Source: Patescibacteria group bacterium
Lineage (GTDB): Bacteria; Patescibacteriota; Minisyncoccia; Phycocordibacterales; JACOZG01
NCBI GenBank assembly: GCA_038065495.1
Contig: JBBTQW010000001.1
Location: 44,137-108,136, forward strand
Direction: 5' to 3'
Length of the DNA stretch: 64,000 nt
Positions 54,876 through 64,000 of this stretch are shown one piece after another; positions within the stretch are counted from its first letter, which is position 1, and each line of letters opens with the position of its first letter. The notes under the pieces were generated by a model. That model ran no database searches and was not told where the DNA came from. It saw nothing but the letters and a program-made list of their open reading frames with translations. The translations under genes were made by a program, and so were the position numbers.

Positions 54876-55072
54876 CTGTGATAGAATAATTTTCGACAAC
54901 TTAATAGTAAAAGTAGCCTAAACCAGTGAGTAATCACTGGCATGGCGAAAGTCAGTCACGTAATGCACAGAAAACCCATCATGGGGTCGCATTACGTGCC
55001 GTATCGGGAAACCGATACGAGTGGCGCAAGCCACTACCTGTGGTGGGCTTTCTGTTCCTCGCTACAGGTAAT
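54876..55072 (+). ncRNA. candidate structured non-coding RNA or cis-regulatory leader, unknown class
   Basis: Three plus-strand GNRA-capped hairpins: CCAGTGA-GTAA-TCACTGG, CGTATCGG-GAAA-CCGATACG and GTGGC-GCAA-GCCAC. A 10-bp stem CACGTAATGC...GCATTACGTG encloses ACAGAAAACCCATCATGGGGTC. A long-range 8-bp helix pairs TTACCTGT (54877-84) with ACAGGTAA (55065-72). The GCCAC strand can alternatively pair downstream (CCAC-TACCTGT-GGTGG), giving mutually exclusive hairpins. On the minus strand the loops are non-GNRA, so plus orientation is inferred. No ORF with an RBS is present. Confidence 0.4.
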
Positions 55073-55102
55073 TACAAATAAAAACGCAAAAAAAAATAAA
55101 AT

Positions 55103-55765
55103 ATGAAAATAGTGCGAGACCTTACCGTTGAATATAAAAAGAACCCAGTCCAAGCAATAATTGTGTCATTACTCATCCTCCTCGGGTTAATATTTGCGCG
55201 GTACATAACTATTTCCCTAGTTATAATCGTGTACTTAGCGAGAAAGTTTAAGAAAGACGAACGAGAGAAAAAAGACATGAAGAAGAAATGCTCGCATTGT
55301 CAGACAGAAATAACTTGGCTCGCGACAAGGTGTCCGCATTGTCACGGCAAAATGCAAGTATGGACAGCAGATTCAAAAATAGTAGCCACCATCCTAGCCG
55401 TGTCACTTTTTGTAGGAATAGTAAAGATCAGTTCAATGTCATCGAACACTTCTAGCCTAACCAACACATCACCAAGCGCCCCTTCTCAAGAACAAATAAA
55501 CAAAAAGCGAGAAATAGAATCTATTGTTTACGCAAAAGAAGTCATTAAGGAAACACTGAAAGCTCCCTCAACAGCTAAATTCGTTGATGTAAGGAGCTAC
55601 GAACTTTCAAACCAGAAAGATGTTTGGGCGGTAAACGGTTATGTAGATAGCCAAAATAGTTTTGGCGCGATGATAAGAAACATGTGGGAAGTTCAGCTTG
55701 ATTATAGAAACGGAAAAGGAGGGACGGTAAAAAGTATTCTCTTCGACGGAAAGCAGTTACAATAA
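55103..55765 (+). CDS. hypothetical membrane protein with zinc-ribbon (CxxC...CxxC)
   Basis: 220 aa. N-terminal TM, CSHCQTEITWLATRCPHCHG, second TM, and a C-terminal globular domain. Confidence 0.55.
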   Translation: MKIVRDLTVEYKKNPVQAIIVSLLILLGLIFARYITISLVIIVYLARKFKKDEREKKDMKKKCSHCQTEITWLATRCPHCHGKMQVWTADSKIVATILAVSLFVGIVKISSMSSNTSSLTNTSPSAPSQEQINKKREIESIVYAKEVIKETLKAPSTAKFVDVRSYELSNQKDVWAVNGYVDSQNSFGAMIRNMWEVQLDYRNGKGGTVKSILFDGKQLQ

Positions 55766-55791
55766 AAACTTCAGCTAAAAAGTCTCTGTTT

Positions 55792-58263
55792 TTACAAAAA
55801 CGTCAAACTCGCCAATCTGTCATTCTCACGCAGTTTCATAATTCTCACGCCTTGCGTTTGCCGACCGAGGCTGGGGATCTGGCCGAGAGCGGTGCGGATC
55901 ACCTGGCTCTGCTTGCTCATCGCTACAATCTCACTTTCTTCCGGATAAATCACGCGGCCGCTGACGAGCTTGCCGGTTTTGCTCGTAATTTTGGCCGTTT
56001 TGATCCCCGAGCCACCGCGCTTCTGTGTTTTGTATTCTTTTAATTTTGTTTTTTTGCCATAACCATTTTCCGTCATGATTAGAAATTCGGCGTCACTATT
56101 CCCCGCTTTGACGATACTGGCACCGATCACTTCGTCGCCTTTCTTGAGCTTCATCCCGCGCACGCCGCCAGCTGCGCGACCCATCTCGCGGATGTCTTTT
56201 TCTTTAAATCTGATCGCCTGACCACCAGCCGAAGCGGTGATCACTTCGTCCCCGGCTTCGACAAGAATAACAGAGAGTAGCGAGTCGCCAGCTTCTAATC
56301 TGATAGCAAGAATCCCGCTCCGTCGCACGTCTTGGAAGCTCGCGGCCGAGACTTTCTTAGTCACGCCATGCTTGGTAATCATCAAGAGCGAGGCGGTCTT
56401 CCCCTTACTACTTTTTGGTACCGGCAAGACCGAGGTAATTTTCTCATCATCAGCGAGCGGGAGAAAATTCATCACACTCTTGCCGCGTGTGGCGCGTTTG
56501 CCTTCGGGGATATCATACATCTTGAGCTGATAAGCCTTGCCTCGGTTTGTAAAGAAAAGTAAATCACTGTGTGTGTTCGCCGAGAGTAGAATCGTGACAA
56601 AGTCTTCTTCTTTTACATCTAAATCTCCGACTCCAACGCCGCCACGGCGCTGGGCGCGATACTCCACCGGATCTGTACGCTTCACATAACCACCAGCCGT
56701 CAGCACCAGCACATTCTCTTTTTCCGGGATCAAGTCTTCCGTATTAATCTCCGTCGCGCCGTGCTTCACGACTTTCGTCTTTCTCGGTTTAGCATACTTG
56801 GCCGTGATTTCTTCAAATTCCTGACGCACCACAGCGAGAATTTTCTTGCTACTCGCCAATAAATCTCTTAACGCTTTGATCAGTTCTTGCTTCTCTTTCA
56901 GCTCTTCAATAATTTTCTTAATTTCCAGCCCAGCCAATTTCTGCAGTTTCATTTCCAGAATCGCCACGGCTTGCCGCTCCGTAAATTTAAACTTCTTGAT
57001 TAGATTTTCTTTCGCTGCTTCTGTATCTTGTGATTTTTTAATAGTCGCGATAATTTCGTCAATAATATCTATAGCCTTTTTCAAGCCCAGCAAGATATGC
57101 TCCCGTTCTTCCGCTCTAGCTAAATCAAATTTGCTTCTTCTGGTCACAATCTCCTGCCGATGTTTAACAAATTCTTCCGCCACATCACGGATCGAGAGCA
57201 ATCTGGGCACGCCTTCAACGAGAGCGAGCATGTTGTAATGGAAAACTGTTTCTAATTCCGTATTTTTATATAAAGCGTTAACAACTTTCTGCGGAAAAGC
57301 GCCATTCTTGAGCTCAATCACAATGCGCATGTTGTCGAGCGTCGTTGATTCATCACGCAGACCCCTAATTCCCTCAATCTTTTTCTCACGCACCAAGTCC
57401 GCAATTTTGGTAATCAAATCTTGTTTATTAACTTGATACGGAATAGAAGTGATAATAATCTGGAACAAACCACTTTTTTCTTCAATAATTTCCGTCTCGC
57501 CGCGCACCAGCACGCCGCCGCGGCCGGTCGCGCTGGCATGAGCGATGTCTTTTTCATTAAAAATCAAACCGCCGGTGGGGAAATCCGGACCTTTGATAAA
57601 CTTTAAGAGATCATCAGTCGTAGCACTTGGCTCGTCGATGAGGTGAATCAGAGCGCCCATCACTTCGCCAAGATTGTGCGGCAGGATTTTCGTGGCCATG
57701 CCAACGGCAATGCCCACCGTGCCGTTGATCAATAAATTTGGTATGGCCGATGGCAAGACGCTTGGTTCTTGGCGCGTGCCGTCATAATTGGGAAGAAAGT
57801 TGACCGTGTCTTTTTCCAAATCTCGTAATAGCTCCCCAGCAAGTGGCGCCATTTTTACTTCCGTATAACGCATCGCGGCCGGTGGATCGCCGTCAATCGA
57901 GCCAAAATTTCCCTGGCCGATCACCAATGGATGGAGTAGCGAGAAATCTTGGGCAATTCTGGTAAGCGCGCCGTAGCAAGCCGGATCACCGTGTGGATGA
58001 TATTTACCCAACACATCACCCACTACCAGCGCCGACTTCCGAAATTTGGCCGTCGCGCCCAAACCAAGCTCATGCATGGAGTATAAAATTCTTCTTTGTA
58101 CTGGCTTCAGCCCATCACGGACGTCTGGTAGCGCGCGATCCACGATCACGCTCATGGCGTAGTCGATGTAAGAGGTCTTCATCTCGCCGGTAATATCCGT
58201 GAGGATCACCCGCGGTTCGCCCGCCTCAAAGTTATTAACTAATTTTGTTTCAGACTTTGCCAT
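55792..58263 (-). CDS. gyrA: DNA gyrase subunit A
   Basis: 823 aa with the GyrA N-terminal signature [29 protein letters not shown], active-site Tyr region and C-terminal beta-pinwheel repeats. Confidence 0.95.
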   Translation of the reverse strand: MAKSETKLVNNFEAGEPRVILTDITGEMKTSYIDYAMSVIVDRALPDVRDGLKPVQRRILYSMHELGLGATAKFRKSALVVGDVLGKYHPHGDPACYGALTRIAQDFSLLHPLVIGQGNFGSIDGDPPAAMRYTEVKMAPLAGELLRDLEKDTVNFLPNYDGTRQEPSVLPSAIPNLLINGTVGIAVGMATKILPHNLGEVMGALIHLIDEPSATTDDLLKFIKGPDFPTGGLIFNEKDIAHASATGRGGVLVRGETEIIEEKSGLFQIIITSIPYQVNKQDLITKIADLVREKKIEGIRGLRDESTTLDNMRIVIELKNGAFPQKVVNALYKNTELETVFHYNMLALVEGVPRLLSIRDVAEEFVKHRQEIVTRRSKFDLARAEEREHILLGLKKAIDIIDEIIATIKKSQDTEAAKENLIKKFKFTERQAVAILEMKLQKLAGLEIKKIIEELKEKQELIKALRDLLASSKKILAVVRQEFEEITAKYAKPRKTKVVKHGATEINTEDLIPEKENVLVLTAGGYVKRTDPVEYRAQRRGGVGVGDLDVKEEDFVTILLSANTHSDLLFFTNRGKAYQLKMYDIPEGKRATRGKSVMNFLPLADDEKITSVLPVPKSSKGKTASLLMITKHGVTKKVSAASFQDVRRSGILAIRLEAGDSLLSVILVEAGDEVITASAGGQAIRFKEKDIREMGRAAGGVRGMKLKKGDEVIGASIVKAGNSDAEFLIMTENGYGKKTKLKEYKTQKRGGSGIKTAKITSKTGKLVSGRVIYPEESEIVAMSKQSQVIRTALGQIPSLGRQTQGVRIMKLRENDRLASLTFL

Positions 58264-58496
58264 CCGGTAATAATACTTAATTTAATATTGCCTAACCAGC
58301 TACTGTTCTCGCTCACAATTGCCACCGTGCTGGTGCTGGTTTCTACAGCCGGAGCTGGCGCCAGAGACCAACGCCAAGACAAGAGCCAGATTAGCACGAT
58401 CAAGAGCGTGATCAAAGTGGTGCTCCACCAGAGGATCGCCCGCCTCTTCTCCTCCGGCTCTTGTCGCAATTTCTCAATGTAATCCCAGAAAGCCAT
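58239..58496 (-). CDS. small TM protein (85 aa), hypothetical
   Basis: ORF overlapping the gyrA start by 25 nt, with a single TM. Weak support. Confidence 0.35.
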   Translation of the reverse strand: MAFWDYIEKLRQEPEEKRRAILWWSTTLITLLIVLIWLLSWRWSLAPAPAVETSTSTVAIVSENSSWLGNIKLSIITGWQSLKQN

Positions 58497-58539
58497 GAAA
58501 GTTATTTAGTAATTTAGTGAGGAGTTAGTTAGTTGAAAA

Positions 58540-59160
58540 TTAGAACGACTTGATGACCACCACATCGCCAGCTTTCTCGCTTAATTCTTTCTTCTTCACT
58601 GTCCAGCTTTCCACTGCTTCCAGTTTTTCCTCACCCATTTCTTTCAAGAACAGCGCCAAGCTAGAACTAGAAAAATTAACTGGCACAATGACTCTTGGCT
58701 CTAGTTTAGTCGCCAATTTCGCCGCTCCTTTCGGCCCCAAGCCACCCTCGGCCGGCTCAGCGAGTGGCGCAAAGAGAATGTCGATTGTCCCCAAGGCTTC
58801 CACTGTTTCGTTACTCAATTCTGCCTCGGCTAGCGCGCCCAAGTGCACCAGCCGTGCGCCCTCCAGCTGGAGCAAATAAACGGTATTAATTTTCTGCCCC
58901 GGACCAATAGTCGCAAAACCGCGAATCAAATTGCCTTCCACCTCATATTCGCCCGGGCCGTCGATCACAAACGGCACGCGATCGGCGCGCGAGACTTGCT
59001 CCACGCCGGCATAGCCAGCGTCAGAGAGCGAGACCAGCGCCAAGTCGGCGCCAAACTTGACCACTTCCTGATCAGCGCCTTTCCCAATCGGATTAAAAGC
59101 GACGACCCAGTCGCCTTGCTGGATCTTGACCATGCCTAAGCCGTAATGACTGATTATCAT
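58540..59160 (-). CDS. MBL-fold metallo-hydrolase-like protein, tentative
   Basis: 206 aa. The beta-lactamase-like fold is inferred from the patterns (...DLALVSLSD...VHLGAL...DILFAPL...) but no canonical HxHxDH motif was found. Family call is tentative. Confidence 0.55.
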   Translation of the reverse strand: MIISHYGLGMVKIQQGDWVVAFNPIGKGADQEVVKFGADLALVSLSDAGYAGVEQVSRADRVPFVIDGPGEYEVEGNLIRGFATIGPGQKINTVYLLQLEGARLVHLGALAEAELSNETVEALGTIDILFAPLAEPAEGGLGPKGAAKLATKLEPRVIVPVNFSSSSLALFLKEMGEEKLEAVESWTVKKKELSEKAGDVVVIKSF

Positions 59161-59186
59161 GATTTAATTTAGTGGCTTAATTATAG

Positions 59187-59220
59187 CAAAAATCTCGCTA
59201 AGAGTGAAGCGAGATTTTTA
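59187..59220 (-). repeat. repeated hairpin element copy 1 (tagcaaaaaTCTCGCTAAGAGTGAAGCGAGattttt)
   Basis: The 20-mer CTCGCTAAGAGTGAAGCGAG is identical to the one at 63001-63020. It is flanked by A-run and T-run, acts as a bidirectional terminator-like hairpin, and overlaps a TTGCTATAAT -10-like element for the MBL gene. Confidence 0.6.
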
Positions 59221-59284
59221 AGAAAATAAAAAACGGCGCACGTGGTTCTTTGGGAACCAAATGCACCGTTTAAGGACGAACATG

Positions 59285-59614
59285 CTAGGGCTTGCAAAGT
59301 AGGCCATTAAAGACTTCGTCTTCAATGTAACCGACAACCTCTGCATCATCTGTCATTGCCTTGAGAACGTCGTCCAGACGCTCGGATAAGAGCTCGCCGG
59401 CACTCGCACCGTGTTTTGACAAAAAGTGCGTGAAGCCAAAACCGATCAGCACACCGAGCGCATGTGCGCTTTTAACCGTGTCCACCCTATCGAGAATGTG
59501 TGAGAAAAAATCATCCACCACACACCTCGCTCGACTGATTTTTGTCAAACGCGTCCTTAATGCCTCTTTCTCAGGCAAACTAACTTCTCTCAGCGCAATA
59601 GAAACTTCAGCCAT
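59285..59614 (-). CDS. hypothetical protein (109 aa)
   Basis: ORF followed by repeat hairpin copy 1 as terminator. No recognisable domain. Confidence 0.45.
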   Translation of the reverse strand: MAEVSIALREVSLPEKEALRTRLTKISRARCVVDDFFSHILDRVDTVKSAHALGVLIGFGFTHFLSKHGASAGELLSERLDDVLKAMTDDAEVVGYIEDEVFNGLLCKP

Positions 59615-59761
59615 AATAAACTCTCCTGCTTGCTGACACTATTTAACTTTCAAGGTCCGGTGGACAACACGTCCACCATCCAACATTGAGTATAGCATAA
59701 TAACCCCACGACCGTCAAGTGGCAAGACGCGATATAAAATAAGCCTAAAATAAGGCGATTT

Positions 59762-60820
59762 TTAGAAGCTCAGAACCTTGAGATACTGGCTGGAATTTAC
59801 CTCACCCGCAGAGTCGAATTGATAAGACGAAACCTGTCCGGTAATACCAGCTAAGATTTTGGCTTTTAGTTGTTCAATCGATAAGTCTTGAGCGTAGAAA
59901 GTATCGAGAATTCCAAACAAATCAAAAGTAATCGAATCATAGAACGGATATTGCGAGTCTTTGCCATATTTTGCTTTGTAGTCACTCACATATTTCTCGT
60001 AACCGGCTGTATCCAGAGACGCCTTCCAACACACGCCATGCAAACCGTAATCAGCTGGCTTGAAGGGGTAATCGCAAGTGTTCACTTCGCTAATAATTTC
60101 TGGCTTAAAGCTCTGAACTTGCATTTCCTTCAGCACCAGTTGCGCCGCTTTATCACTCGTAGGCACAAAGAGTAATGTATCAATGCCGGAGAATTTTAGT
60201 TTAGTAACTTGCGTGCGATAAGTGTTGTCATTGGCATTATATTTTTCTGTCGTCAAGATTTTGCTACCAAGATTTTCTTGCAAAAGATTGGCCAGCGACT
60301 GGGCATAATCTTGTTCTTCGTGCAAGAGACCGATCTTTTTGTTTTCTGGGATAGTCTTGATATGCTCCACCATTGCCTCGCCCACCGAGAGCGCGTCGGG
60401 AATAAATCTGATCACTTCTGTGCCAGTTTTTCTAATTTCGGCCGAGCCAGCGTAAGCGGTTAGGATTAGATCGCCATTTTGTTGAGCGAGCGGTGCGAGG
60501 GCCATCACACTGCCGCTACATGCAACGTAGAAAATCCTGACGTTTTCTAATTTTAATTTCTGGTAAGCTGAGATCGCTTTTTTAGCATCACATGGATCGT
60601 CTTCAAACATTGGGAGAATATTCTGATAAGTTTGGAGATTAATTGCATTCTTAATCGGCTCACCCATCGAGGCCACTGCTCCGCTCAGCGGGATAATCAC
60701 ACCAATCTTCACCGGTCGTTCTAGTTTTACGGCATTATCTGCCTCTGGATTTTTAGAAGCCAAAACAGCAATACCAATAACAACCACAATAACCACCAAC
60801 CAAATTATTACTTTTTTCAT
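59762..60820 (-). CDS. ABC transporter substrate-binding protein, LivK/Peripla_BP_6 family (paralog 5)
   Basis: 352 aa. A TM anchor is followed by VKIGVIIPLSGAVASMGEPIKNAINL. Confidence 0.8.
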   Translation of the reverse strand: MKKVIIWLVVIVVVIGIAVLASKNPEADNAVKLERPVKIGVIIPLSGAVASMGEPIKNAINLQTYQNILPMFEDDPCDAKKAISAYQKLKLENVRIFYVACSGSVMALAPLAQQNGDLILTAYAGSAEIRKTGTEVIRFIPDALSVGEAMVEHIKTIPENKKIGLLHEEQDYAQSLANLLQENLGSKILTTEKYNANDNTYRTQVTKLKFSGIDTLLFVPTSDKAAQLVLKEMQVQSFKPEIISEVNTCDYPFKPADYGLHGVCWKASLDTAGYEKYVSDYKAKYGKDSQYPFYDSITFDLFGILDTFYAQDLSIEQLKAKILAGITGQVSSYQFDSAGEVNSSQYLKVLSF

Positions 60821-60826
60821 GTTTAA

Positions 60827-61951
60827 TTAATTTTCTAGTTTCACAAATTGACCGTCCTTAACAATCTTGAACAAAGTTGGCTTAGAAGCAACGCCATTTT
60901 CGTCAATACTAATGTTGCCACTCACGCCGTGATAATATTTGATCTTGTGCAATTCTGTTTTGATACACTCAACGTCTTCGCCACATACTAGATAAGCCGC
61001 AACTTCCAGATGTAGAGCGTCATAAGCATTGGAAGCAAAGACATCAGGAAAAACTCCGTATAGCTGCTTAAAGTGATCACGGAAGCCGTTGCTGTCGTCG
61101 CCCAAGATAGCTGGGTCAGCAGATGAGATAATAAAACCTTCAGCAGTTTTGCCAGCCACACTAAGAACAACCGGATCCTCGTTCTGATAATTACCAACCA
61201 GTGGTGTTTGAATGTCTAATTCTTTGGTTTGCTTGATGATCGTTCCTAATGCGCCAGTTAGTTGGGTCACAAAAATCACATCCGGTTTTGCCGCTTTAAT
61301 TTTTGTCAGATTGGTTCTGAAGTCGTTAGTGTCGAGAGAAGTCATCTCGTCAGCCACCACTTGACCACCGAGTTCCGTAAATCTAGCCCCAATATATTTC
61401 CGGTAATCTTTGCCAAACTGCGTATTGTAATAAATAAAAGCCGCTTTTTTGGCTTTCAAATTATTAACCGTAAAATCAGCAATCGTTTTAGCATTATCTC
61501 TGACTAAGAAATTAGTGGAGAAGTAATAATTTTTCCCTAACAAATCATCAACGTTCGCCGCAACACCCATGCTGATAATTTTGTTTGGCTCGGTAATTGC
61601 AATAGACGGAACCAAACCAATCGCGCAAAATTGATTAATAGTTTTTACTTTATCAATATTAATCAGTTTCTGGACCGCCGAAGTAATATCTTTTGGTAGG
61701 CAAGCATCTTCGTAAACAAGATTTATCGCTAAATCTTTCTTTCCACTCTCGAGATCTTTTTTAGCGAGATCAAAACCACGTTTGATATTCTCACCAATTG
61801 AGGCGTAGTTGCCTGTCAGTGGAATAGCAATGCCAATCTTGATCACCTCACCACTTTTCACATCACTATTTTCTGTTTTATTTTTACTCGCAAAAACGAC
61901 GATGAAAATTATTGCGAGAATTATTACTAGCCAAATTATTACTTTTTTCAT
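60827..61951 (-). CDS. ABC transporter substrate-binding protein, LivK/Peripla_BP_6 family (paralog 6)
   Basis: 374 aa. A TM anchor is followed by IKIGIAIPLTGNYASIGENIKRGFDLAKKDL. Confidence 0.8.
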   Translation of the reverse strand: MKKVIIWLVIILAIIFIVVFASKNKTENSDVKSGEVIKIGIAIPLTGNYASIGENIKRGFDLAKKDLESGKKDLAINLVYEDACLPKDITSAVQKLINIDKVKTINQFCAIGLVPSIAITEPNKIISMGVAANVDDLLGKNYYFSTNFLVRDNAKTIADFTVNNLKAKKAAFIYYNTQFGKDYRKYIGARFTELGGQVVADEMTSLDTNDFRTNLTKIKAAKPDVIFVTQLTGALGTIIKQTKELDIQTPLVGNYQNEDPVVLSVAGKTAEGFIISSADPAILGDDSNGFRDHFKQLYGVFPDVFASNAYDALHLEVAAYLVCGEDVECIKTELHKIKYYHGVSGNISIDENGVASKPTLFKIVKDGQFVKLEN

Positions 61952-61975
61952 GATTAATTAATTTAGAATAACTTA

Positions 61976-62977
61976 TTACAATTTAACCGGCACACCATCT
62001 TTAATTTGCTTCAAGATCAGATCGCGCTGGTACACGCCACTGTCATTAAATTTACTGGACGAAATTAATTTATCTTTCACACACTCATAATCACCAGCGC
62101 AGGCAACCACGTTATCTGTTAGCAAAGCCGTGGCTTCTCGGGTTAAGCCAAAAACGGCGGCTTCAGCGTCAGCCATGCCGGCTGGGTAAGAATAGAAAAC
62201 GTCAGAGACGAGCGCGCGCACGGCTGGCAGTTCCACCACATAAGTAGAGAAAACGGGAACAGCCACTTTCTGCTGGCGCAATTTACTGAGACCACTGGCA
62301 AAGAAGAAGGAGATATCTGGCGAATAAATTGCATCCACTTTGGCGAGATTAATCTTGGCTATTTCGGTCGAGACATCGCTGGAATCGTCCAGCAATTTGC
62401 TCTCAATCACGATTTTGCCTTTGAAGGCCGCGCGGAAAGCATCCGCATGCGCTTGAGAAAAGGCGTTGCCGTAACTAATTAACGCCACATTCTTGTAACC
62501 CAATTCATACATTTTGTTGGCAATAAACGTTGATTCATCTTGAAGCGAATACTGGATGTTGAAGAAATTGTTACCACTTTTCTGATACAAATCAGCCGAA
62601 GCGGCAGCCGGCACCAGAGCCAAGATTTTCTGATTATTAAGCAATGGCACGATCGCCTCTTGTGGCGAGCCACAAGCCGGGCCAATCAAAAAAGAGATTT
62701 TCTGAAAGCCGGTTAACTTCTGGAAAGCCGAAACCGCTTCCTTGGGATCACATTTGTCGTCTTCGTAAACTAACTCAACATTTTTCCCAGCCGCTCCGGC
62801 CATCGCGCCTTTCCTAATTTCTTCACCGTAATCGGCCACCACTCCAGTCAGTGGTGCAATTACGCCGATCTTGATTGGCTCACTGGCCACTGGCGCAACT
62901 GGCTTCTTGCTCATCCACACCCCGCCGATTATCAAAACTAAGATAATTATTATTGCCCAAATTGTTGATTTATTCAT
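61976..62977 (-). CDS. ABC transporter substrate-binding protein, LivK/Peripla_BP_6 family (paralog 7)
   Basis: 333 aa. A TM anchor is followed by IKIGVIAPLTGVVADYGEEIRKGAMAG. Confidence 0.8.
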   Translation of the reverse strand: MNKSTIWAIIIILVLIIGGVWMSKKPVAPVASEPIKIGVIAPLTGVVADYGEEIRKGAMAGAAGKNVELVYEDDKCDPKEAVSAFQKLTGFQKISFLIGPACGSPQEAIVPLLNNQKILALVPAAASADLYQKSGNNFFNIQYSLQDESTFIANKMYELGYKNVALISYGNAFSQAHADAFRAAFKGKIVIESKLLDDSSDVSTEIAKINLAKVDAIYSPDISFFFASGLSKLRQQKVAVPVFSTYVVELPAVRALVSDVFYSYPAGMADAEAAVFGLTREATALLTDNVVACAGDYECVKDKLISSSKFNDSGVYQRDLILKQIKDGVPVKL

Positions 62978-62993
62978 GATTTACCCACAGTAG

Positions 62994-63027
62994 CAAAAAA
63001 CTCGCTAAGAGTGAAGCGAGTTTTTTG
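62994..63027 (-). repeat. repeated hairpin element copy 2 (tagcaaaaaaCTCGCTAAGAGTGAAGCGAGtttttt)
   Basis: Identical 20-mer to copy 1 with the same flanks. It acts as terminator for 63054..63881 and sits upstream of the SBP paralog 7 start. Confidence 0.6.
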
Positions 63028-63053
63028 TGAGAAACAGAATCAGTTAGCCAGAT

Positions 63054-63881
63054 CTACGGATAACCAGTACCCGTCTTCATACAAGTGTAAGTGTCTGGAA
63101 TATTGTAAGCGTTGGTGCCCACCACAGTGTAAGCATAACCGGTTGGGCAACCTGGGAATGGCACACCCTTACAAGGGAAGCTATTGAGCGTAATAAACCC
63201 AGCGGTGTGCTGGATTCCACACCAGGCACCAGACTGATTACCGTCATTGGTGCAACGGAACTCGTCTGTGCCGCCGCCCACACAGAGACCCTTGCTCGCC
63301 ACGATTGTGTCGTCAGCCCGGATATTACCGGCCACGTGTAGCTTGTCTTGGCTGTATGGACTCTCGATGCCAATACCCACATTGCCGTTCATAATCGTCA
63401 CCGGACCATCGGCATAGATCGCGCGGTTGGCACTGCCCGCACCGCCGCCGCTCTTAACCCACAGCGCGCTCCAGAAGCCGTTCCAGTTCTTGATACCCGA
63501 GAGCTCGGTACCGGTGAGTGTGCCGCCACCCGGATACCAGACGCGGAAGTTGTAGTCATTCGCGCCGCCGTGATTGCCATTGATAATCGCGCCTGTGAGA
63601 GTGGTAAAGTCGCCGGCATTGCCACTGACAGCATTATAGCCAGCCGGTAACTGACTCGCCGGTGTGGCCGGTGGCGGTGTGTAGCCGCCGGTACTACCAG
63701 ACGTATTGCCACCATATTGCGCCGCTAAGCCAAGCAACCAAGCATTAATCCCATCAATTGTGGACTGGCTGGCGCCAGAAACGCTGGACGGATAAGTTTG
63801 CGCTTGCGCTAACTGTGTAGCCAGCACCGCGCCAGAGACCACAAATAACAAAACAAAAAGACTAATAACTAATTTTTTCAT
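63054..63881 (-). CDS. secreted Gly/Thr/Asn-rich, Cys-containing hypothetical protein (possible adhesin or surface protein)
   Basis: 275 aa with a signal peptide (LFVLLFVVSGAVLATQLAQAQT), Gly-rich low complexity and a Cys-rich C-terminal domain (CVGGGTDEFRCTNDGNQSGAWCG...CKGVPFPGCPTGYAY...YTC). Confidence 0.6.
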   Translation of the reverse strand: MKKLVISLFVLLFVVSGAVLATQLAQAQTYPSSVSGASQSTIDGINAWLLGLAAQYGGNTSGSTGGYTPPPATPASQLPAGYNAVSGNAGDFTTLTGAIINGNHGGANDYNFRVWYPGGGTLTGTELSGIKNWNGFWSALWVKSGGGAGSANRAIYADGPVTIMNGNVGIGIESPYSQDKLHVAGNIRADDTIVASKGLCVGGGTDEFRCTNDGNQSGAWCGIQHTAGFITLNSFPCKGVPFPGCPTGYAYTVVGTNAYNIPDTYTCMKTGTGYP

Positions 63882-63978
63882 GAATAATTTTAAACTAATA
63901 ATTTCGACACTATTTCACACTAATTTAGTATACTCGATTATTATACTTGATTAAAGTAAAGGAATCTATATAATGTCT

Positions 63979-64000
63979 GTCTATGACAAATTTGACCAAA
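63979..64000 (+). CDS. possible start of a plus-strand gene running off the right edge (MSVYDKFDQ...)
   Basis: ATG at 63979 with AAAGGAA 9 nt upstream and TATAAT immediately 5'. Only 7 codons are visible. Confidence 0.2.

Noticed and set aside
54876-55072. RNase P RNA, SRP RNA, c-di-GMP-I riboswitch or group II intron domain V identity for the structured RNA
   Set aside because: Partial matches exist (GAAAGUC, ACAGAAAACCC, GCACAG, GGCGCAAGCC, GCCGUAU). The required long-range P4 pairing, SRP symmetric loops, GEMM tetraloop-receptor layout and the D5 bulge with AGC triad are all absent, and the size is too small for RNase P. The class remains unknown.
1-64000. CRISPR arrays, rRNA genes, transposases, integrases and prophage genes
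   Set aside because: No direct-repeat/spacer periodicity, no 16S/23S/5S-like conserved stretches and no recombinase or transposase-like ORFs were seen on either strand. The only repeats are the promoter modules and the 20-nt hairpin.

Overview
The 64-kb window reads as a gene-dense chromosomal segment from a small-genome, probably monoderm bacterium. A Candidate Phyla Radiation / Patescibacteria origin is my best guess, inferred from sequence alone (low-moderate confidence). Supporting hints are a truncated 495-aa IF-2, a short DnaX, substrate-binding proteins anchored by an N-terminal TM helix rather than a lipobox, tandem arrays of small two-TM pilin-like proteins and many small unknown membrane proteins. 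GC looks about 48-50%, with a few visibly GC-richer blocks at roughly 3.0-3.7 kb, 22-24.5 kb, 33.5-35.2 kb and 53-54.3 kb.

I support about 70 CDS, 10 tRNAs and the L33 gene, which the ORF track missed because it is under 60 aa. There are no rRNA genes, no CRISPR array and no transposase or integrase.

- Housekeeping genes: a UvrD-like helicase with a C-terminal nuclease (partial at the left edge), YqeY, SerS, DprA, TopA, ParB, MiaA, ClpB, SodA, cysteine desulfurase, IF-2, RbfA, an ECF sigma factor, GyrA, DnaX and Dus.
- A PepF peptidase followed by a LivHMGF-type ABC importer with four interleaved substrate-binding paralogs, plus a second cluster of three more.

The most unusual content is listed under findings, chiefly:

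- Six copies of a near-identical sigma70-consensus promoter module (TTGACA-N16-18-tgcTATAMT-GGGGGTWG) driving small or unknown proteins and an SPFH/membrane operon.
- A 0.9-kb stretch with no confident protein gene, containing a terminated, promoter-driven transcript that encodes at most a 37-aa peptide.
- A tandem array of five VirB2/TrbC-like pilin genes.
- Two candidate structured ncRNAs at about 54.88-55.07 kb and 28.04-28.25 kb, the latter next to a 27-bp perfect palindrome between divergent promoters.
- A 20-nt hairpin repeated identically at two intergenic sites.
- A GC-rich block of two overlapping membrane-protein genes next to two tRNAs.

tRNA and RNA boundaries are good to about +/-2 nt. 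All product calls come from motif recognition by eye, not database searches.
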